Of a stretch of DNA of 64,000 bases, positions 59,248-64,000 are shown piece by piece. Origin of the DNA: an uncultured Chloroflexia bacterium. Lineage in GTDB: Bacteria > Chloroflexota > Chloroflexia > QHBQ01 > JADMIH01. Both the position numbers and the translations under genes were made by a program. The stretch spans positions 160,001 through 224,000 of the forward strand of contig CAWCNY010000004.1 in assembly GCA_963797095.1 (NCBI GenBank), read 5' to 3'. The notes beneath the pieces are model-generated. The model had not been told where the DNA came from. It searched no databases and was given only the letters and a program-made list of their open reading frames with translations. Numbering within the stretch: the stretch's first letter is position 1; each line of letters begins with the position of its first letter.

Positions 59248-59302
59248 GCAGATTGAGGTTTCAGCAACCGGATAGCAAGTACGCATCACGAAGGGAAACG
59301 CC

Positions 59303-60355
59303 ATGCACCAACAGGGTGGAGCTGTATTCAGGATGGACCCACGCACCGTGTTTATCGGAGCGCTGATAGTCTTCGCATCAATTATCTTCGTCGTCACCAC
59401 GCTTCCATACCTGACTTTCAACCCGCCACGCTCGGCGGACGCCCGTCCACTGACGGAGCAAGAGGAGCGAGGACGGCGGTTGTACGCGTCTAATGGATGC
59501 TTCTACTGCCACAGCCAGTACCTGCGTCCGCAGGACTGGACGGGGGTTGGTTCCTACCGCACCACAGGGCGAACCGCGCAGGCTGGTGACTACTTCTTCC
59601 AGGAAACCCCTATGCTTGGGACTGAGCGCACAGGCCCTGATCTTTCACAGGAAGGTGGGGTGCATACGGACGAGTGGCATCTAGCGCACTTCTATAACCC
59701 GCGCTGGACTTCGGTGAAATCGATCATGCCTGAGTTCAGTTTCTACTATGATCAAAACCTGGCAGGTGGAATCACTCCCAGCCAGGACGTATACGATCTT
59801 GTCGCATATGTCCAGAGCCTGGGAGGACAATCGGGCGTGGATCGCGCCAATCTCCAGCGCGAGCGGAAACAGACTTTGCTCGATGAGCGGGCTAAAGGCA
59901 ACGATGCGATCATTCACGACTACTTCCCCGCAACATGGCGCACTGTCCGTAACCCCATTGAGCCTACTATTCGTTCGTTGGTGCATGGGAAGCAGGTGTT
60001 CACCACCAACTGCACTGGATGTCATGGGCTTAATGGGGATGGCAAGGGTCCGGCGACGTATTTCATCAATAACCCCGCGCCGAGGAACTTCACCGATGCG
60101 AGCGCACAACTGTTCTTCAGCGATGGCGAACTATATGACGCGATCTTGAGGGGAGTTGACGGCACTGCAATGCCCGCATGGGGCGATATGCTTACCGTGA
60201 ACGACATCTGGGATGTGACCAACTTCATAAGAACAATCCCGAATGGTGGGCTACAGACCAATGACCTTGATGCCTCAATGATGATCAGCCCACCCGATAT
60301 CGTACCAATAGAGGCAACACCGGCTGCAACGCCAAGCGTGAATCCAACTCCATAG
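59303..60355 (+). CDS. ccoO: cbb3 subunit II fused to a second cytochrome c domain
   Basis: GCFYCHSQYLRP, RTGPDL and SIMP, followed by CTGCH...GTAMPAW. Confidence 0.9.
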   Translation: MHQQGGAVFRMDPRTVFIGALIVFASIIFVVTTLPYLTFNPPRSADARPLTEQEERGRRLYASNGCFYCHSQYLRPQDWTGVGSYRTTGRTAQAGDYFFQETPMLGTERTGPDLSQEGGVHTDEWHLAHFYNPRWTSVKSIMPEFSFYYDQNLAGGITPSQDVYDLVAYVQSLGGQSGVDRANLQRERKQTLLDERAKGNDAIIHDYFPATWRTVRNPIEPTIRSLVHGKQVFTTNCTGCHGLNGDGKGPATYFINNPAPRNFTDASAQLFFSDGELYDAILRGVDGTAMPAWGDMLTVNDIWDVTNFIRTIPNGGLQTNDLDASMMISPPDIVPIEATPAATPSVNPTP

Positions 60356-60381
60356 GCGAAACGCAGAAAGAAGTAGGTAAT

Positions 60382-60816
60382 ATGAACAGGATCAAACAGC
60401 AATTAGAGCAAATGAGCGGTGCACGGATTGTGCTGATAGTGGGGGTACTTGCTCTCGCACTGGTGCCTGCGCCGGCTTTCGCCCATGATAACCTGGGCGG
60501 CGACGAGCTGGCGGTCGCCAACTGGATGTTCGTGGCTGCGGTGGTGACAATCGCCCTTGGTGCTTTGTGGGCTTTGTGGGCGATCAGATCGGGGCAGTTC
60601 AACAACATAGAGCAATCCAAGTACACGATGCTGGAAAATTCTGAGGATTACGATGCAATTATGGCCGAATATGACGCAAGGGAAATAGCGGCAAAAGAAG
60701 CAAGCAGCCCGAGTAAGACGAACGCGAAAGTGGCACCCGGCGCACCCGTGCAGCCTGACGCAGCCCCCACGCGAAATACGACTGGCACCACTAGCGGTAA
60801 AACCGCCAACGCGTGA
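60382..60816 (+). CDS. CcoS/FixS-like oxidase maturation protein with extensions
   Basis: LWAIRSGQFNNIE motif after a TM helix. Confidence 0.75.
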   Translation: MNRIKQQLEQMSGARIVLIVGVLALALVPAPAFAHDNLGGDELAVANWMFVAAVVTIALGALWALWAIRSGQFNNIEQSKYTMLENSEDYDAIMAEYDAREIAAKEASSPSKTNAKVAPGAPVQPDAAPTRNTTGTTSGKTANA

Positions 60817-60837
60817 CGAGAAAGAGGAGAATAGAGA

Positions 60838-61134
60838 ATGTCATTCCCAAATCCCGGCGACCTCATAAAACCCTGGTCATGGAACATCGTTCTAGAAGGG
60901 GTCGTGTGGTTCATTGTCCTTCTATTAACTGTCGGTGTGATAACCTGGACCCGCGCAGGTCGCGATAGGCGGAACCTGCCTGATCAATTGGGACGTAATG
61001 TAGAAGATTTCGCCGGAATTACCCAGGAAAGTAATGGGCGGCTTCCGGGTTTTCTGCTGCTGTTCTATCTGGTGGTGGGGCTGTTCATGCTCGGCTACCC
61101 GATTGTTACTCTCATCTTCAATTACAACTACTGA
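60838..61134 (+). CDS. small 2-TM protein resembling the CcoP N-terminal membrane segment
   Basis: EDFAGITQESNGRLPGFLLLFY between two TM helices; GAGGAG RBS. Confidence 0.65.
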   Translation: MSFPNPGDLIKPWSWNIVLEGVVWFIVLLLTVGVITWTRAGRDRRNLPDQLGRNVEDFAGITQESNGRLPGFLLLFYLVVGLFMLGYPIVTLIFNYNY

Positions 61135-61189
61135 CAATAGGTATCATACGTGGGATAACGCATCTTATGCGATAGATCGCGACGGAGCA

Positions 61190-61513
61190 ATGACGATGGA
61201 ACAGGAAACTCGGCAGCTACAAAATGAAATTCAGGTTGCACACAGGTTTCGGGCAGTAACCGAGCACGAACCACTTTATGGACTTGCACCGGAGCCAGGG
61301 GCGGGCGGACCTGAGAGCACAGGCGACCCGGATCAGCCACTGCGCGAAGTGCCGGTGGAGGAGCCGGAAGCGCCCGGGGAGGAGAGCACGAACCTGACAT
61401 GGGGGATTGTGTTCGGCGGGGTGCTGCTCCTTTTTCTGCTGGTAGCGGTGCTCTATTTTGGGATCGGGAATACTTATTCAACCCAACCCTTCACTTCATA
61501 CCCTCTGAAGTAA
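61190..61513 (+). CDS. small protein with C-terminal TM
   Basis: GGAG RBS before ATG 61190; P/E-rich linker followed by a hydrophobic helix. Confidence 0.65.
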   Translation: MTMEQETRQLQNEIQVAHRFRAVTEHEPLYGLAPEPGAGGPESTGDPDQPLREVPVEEPEAPGEESTNLTWGIVFGGVLLLFLLVAVLYFGIGNTYSTQPFTSYPLK

Positions 61514-61537
61514 ACCGAAAAGCACTCAGGAGCTAAC

Positions 61538-61852
61538 ATGTCAGTAGTTAGAACAATGTCGTTTACCGTCCCGTCAGAGCGCAAGCACGAGCTCAATCCC
61601 GGCCATAATCTCTATCTTGCGGCGGTGCATGGGACACAGTCTGCCGCCCAGAGCGTAGACGGGTACCAGAAGGGCGGGGTGTGGATGCAACGCCAGGCAG
61701 ATGGCTCGGTGAGGGTGTCGATGTTCTCGCAATTCGACGAGTTGGACAATATGGAAAGGTATGCGAATGTACCAATGATCCGTGATTTTGAGAAAGATGT
61801 GACGACATACCTCAGCCCTGTCGATGTTAACGTTTATGAGGTGCTCGGGTAG
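61538..61852 (+). CDS. small soluble protein, possibly dimeric alpha+beta barrel (ABM-like)
   Basis: AGGAG RBS; 104 aa with a beta-alpha-beta-beta-alpha-beta pattern ending in VYEV. Confidence 0.6.
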   Translation: MSVVRTMSFTVPSERKHELNPGHNLYLAAVHGTQSAAQSVDGYQKGGVWMQRQADGSVRVSMFSQFDELDNMERYANVPMIRDFEKDVTTYLSPVDVNVYEVLG

Positions 61853-61914
61853 TTTATATGTACACAGAAGCCGGTTTGTAGCTGTCTGTGTCCTAAGAAA
61901 GCAAGGTCATACTA

Positions 61915-62109
61915 GTGTTTGGATTCGCCCAATGGGATAGCCCCTTTTCTCTTGTAATCGAAGCAGGTATTTCTGCCCTACTGATCGCAGGATTGCTTGT
62001 CGTGGTGCGGCGCGTGAATGCGCAGGCAGAAGCCGAACGACGCGACAAAAACGATGCAATACAGCATGATGCACTAGAAAGCAGCACAAACAAGCAGAAT
62101 GATCAATAG
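61915..62109 (+). CDS. small single-TM protein
   Basis: One hydrophobic helix then a charged tail; overlaps the next start. Confidence 0.5.
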   Translation: MFGFAQWDSPFSLVIEAGISALLIAGLLVVVRRVNAQAEAERRDKNDAIQHDALESSTNKQNDQ

Positions 62110-62647
62110 TATAACGGGCAACCCACGCATAAGGCTGGGTGTATATATCCTGCTTGGTTTTCTCACGTTGGTGATGGTCGCATTGTCAGTGGTCCAACTT
62201 TGGGTCCTGTATAGCACAGAGAATGTGCCAGCCTACGGGAGCATCCAGGCCGACAGCAGGGGTTGGCCGCCCGATAGCGAGCGAGGTGCATTCCTCATAC
62301 TGAACGATCAGCACAGTTCAGAGTACGCGGGAAACCTCGTAGAATTGCTGGCAGTGACCGATCCCGGCGTGATTGATGAGGAGAGCGGCGCGCACTTGCT
62401 GCCGTCGGAACTCAAGTCCATCTTGATCCAATCGGTGGCATTGAATGAACCATCGGACTACCGGGTCGAGAGGCTAGGCGACCCGGAACCTGACGAGATG
62501 GAGTTCGATCCGCAGCCCGGCGGCACGGTAATGTTGATCGCTCCAAAGACGGGGGTTTGGAAGCCGGGAGCTTATATTGTTGACATTCCGGTTGAAGGGA
62601 TGGATGCAGGCAGAACTTATTTTCAGTTCTATGTAGACGAACAGTAA
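62099..62647 (+). CDS. membrane-anchored extracellular beta-rich protein
   Basis: N-terminal TM; acidic domain ending WKPGAYIVDIP...YFQFYV. Confidence 0.65.
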   Translation: MINSITGNPRIRLGVYILLGFLTLVMVALSVVQLWVLYSTENVPAYGSIQADSRGWPPDSERGAFLILNDQHSSEYAGNLVELLAVTDPGVIDEESGAHLLPSELKSILIQSVALNEPSDYRVERLGDPEPDEMEFDPQPGGTVMLIAPKTGVWKPGAYIVDIPVEGMDAGRTYFQFYVDEQ

Positions 62648-62657
62648 GGGGTCTTTC

Positions 62658-64000
62658 ATGGCGACAATTACGGTTGGAAGCGCCGTCGGTGAAGGCAAGG
62701 CGGTCACAGCGACGGGGCAGCCGCCCGGCCAGGTTAATGAGGAGACAATTGACAACCACGGCCTGCCCAGATTTTTCTTCGCAGCGGCCGCAGCCCTCAT
62801 TCTCAGCGCGACACAAGGAGTGGTGCAAAGGTTACCGGGTATCTCCGATTGGCTGAATGACGCTGATTACGGCGGCCACATGGTGACGAACCTGGCGCAT
62901 ACTCACATCACGATTGTGGGAGCGGGCACTATCAGTTTGACGGGGTTGATCTATTACGTGTTGCCGCGTGTCACAAAGAGGCCACTGTTCAGTCCTGCCC
63001 TGACTAACATATCGTTCTGGGCCACCGTCATTGGAGTGTTCGGGTTCTATATTGCCATGCTTTCGATTGGTATATACGAGGGAATGATGGTCCACGCGGG
63101 TTGGGCGTACGACGCGGCGCGAGATTGGATGGGCGCATGGCACAAAGCACCGATGGCACTGACGGCAGCTGTTATGGGCATAGGGTACTGGACATTTGTA
63201 ACGAATGTATACGTGACCGTTGGGCAGGCATCTGGAGAGCGCAAGATATGGCCTGACAAAGGGCCCAGCAATGGAGAGATGTTGCTGGCCAGGTTCTTCG
63301 TAGTGGGGGCGACGGGGCTGCTGTTCGGCACGGTGCAGGGAGTTTACCAGGTGATGCCCTGGTCGCTTGATTGGCTTCAGAAGACAGGCGACGCGGGCCA
63401 CATGATCGATCCGATGGCACACGCGCACATCAACCTGGTGGGTGGCGTGAGCGTAGCGTTGATGGGGTTGCTCTATTTCTTCATTCCGAAGATAATCGGC
63501 AAACCCATTTACAGCATGAAGCTGGGGGTTTTCAGTTTCTGGTGCATATTGATTGGGGTATTCAGCTTCTATTTCACCGCCATAGGGCTTGGCTGGAGCG
63601 AAGGGCAGATGGTGCTGGATCAAGGAATAACGCCTGTTGAAGCGCAAGCGGCAATGGGCATCTGGCACCCGCTACTGCTTAGTGTCGCCGCAAGCATAAT
63701 GGGGATTGGGTTCTGGTCGTTTATCACGAACATCCTGCTGACGCTAAGGCAGAAAGCCGCGCCCGATGCACCTCCTGATCATAAGCTTTCCGGATTCCTG
63801 GCGTTCAGCGCATTCGCGATTCTCGCGGGAACGATCCAGGGCGTGCTCCAGACCCTGCCGGCCATTGATGAGTGGCTGGAAGAGGCCAACCCGGCGGGGT
63901 ACTTCGTCACACCGCTGTCTCACGCACAACTGAACATGGTGGCTTTCGCCATAATCAGCCTTAGCACACTTATGATCTTCTTACTGCCACGGATACTTGG
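62658..64000 (+). CDS. heme-copper-oxidase-homologous membrane protein built of three repeated 4-TM units (partial, runs off window)
   Basis: Absent from the ORF track because there is no stop in the window. Open for 447 codons. Repeats are QGVVQ..AHTH, QGVYQ..AHAH and QGVLQ..SHAQ. Confidence 0.88.
   Translation, partial: MATITVGSAVGEGKAVTATGQPPGQVNEETIDNHGLPRFFFAAAAALILSATQGVVQRLPGISDWLNDADYGGHMVTNLAHTHITIVGAGTISLTGLIYYVLPRVTKRPLFSPALTNISFWATVIGVFGFYIAMLSIGIYEGMMVHAGWAYDAARDWMGAWHKAPMALTAAVMGIGYWTFVTNVYVTVGQASGERKIWPDKGPSNGEMLLARFFVVGATGLLFGTVQGVYQVMPWSLDWLQKTGDAGHMIDPMAHAHINLVGGVSVALMGLLYFFIPKIIGKPIYSMKLGVFSFWCILIGVFSFYFTAIGLGWSEGQMVLDQGITPVEAQAAMGIWHPLLLSVAASIMGIGFWSFITNILLTLRQKAAPDAPPDHKLSGFLAFSAFAILAGTIQGVLQTLPAIDEWLEEANPAGYFVTPLSHAQLNMVAFAIISLSTLMIFLLPRIL

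Noticed and set aside
62832-63668. 278-aa minus-strand ORF in the track
   Set aside because: It is the antisense shadow of the real plus-strand membrane protein starting at 62658.
1-64000. Direct genetic linkage of the hydrogenase cluster and the respiratory operon; CRISPR, prophage, IS, rRNA, tRNA
   Set aside because: The two clusters are about 45 kb apart with unrelated housekeeping genes between them. No repeat-spacer arrays, integrase/transposase motifs or structural RNA signatures were seen by eye.

Overview
Gene-dense bacterial chromosomal window, about 57-58% GC by eye. It probably comes from an uncultured Chloroflexota (inference from gene content and protein style). From left to right: (1) the tail of a [NiFe]-hydrogenase maturation cluster with group 1h-like features, containing a protease, hypABFCDE, a second atypical hypC, two SIS/GmhA-like genes and two unannotated paralogous 36-aa membrane peptides; (2) a DUF2723/GT117-like glycosyltransferase, an MFS exporter and a stand-alone structured ~200-nt transcript carrying a 17-codon ORF; (3) a housekeeping operon (acyP, FecR-like, ugd, acpS, nnr, alr, pdp, aminopeptidase); (4) an acyl-CoA ligase/FAH/flavin reductase operon, an ECF sigma/anti-sigma pair, a diguanylate cyclase and a PHP-pimA-pgsA lipid locus with a frameshift in pimA; (5) rlmN, smc, an oxidoreductase, an aldolase, an aldehyde dehydrogenase with an internal TAG, a 2-oxoacid:ferredoxin oxidoreductase and a two-component system; (6) a large respiratory operon from 53.2 kb to the window end. 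That operon encodes split cytochrome b6/subunit IV, Rieske, diheme cytochrome c, an EbdC-like heme protein, cbb3 oxidase CcoN, a CcoO-cytochrome c fusion, several small membrane proteins and an ORF missing from the track (62658 to >64000). This last ORF is a visible triplication of the HxH-bearing 4-TM unit of heme-copper oxidases. No rRNA, tRNA, CRISPR array or transposase was seen. All family assignments come from motif recognition, not database searches.
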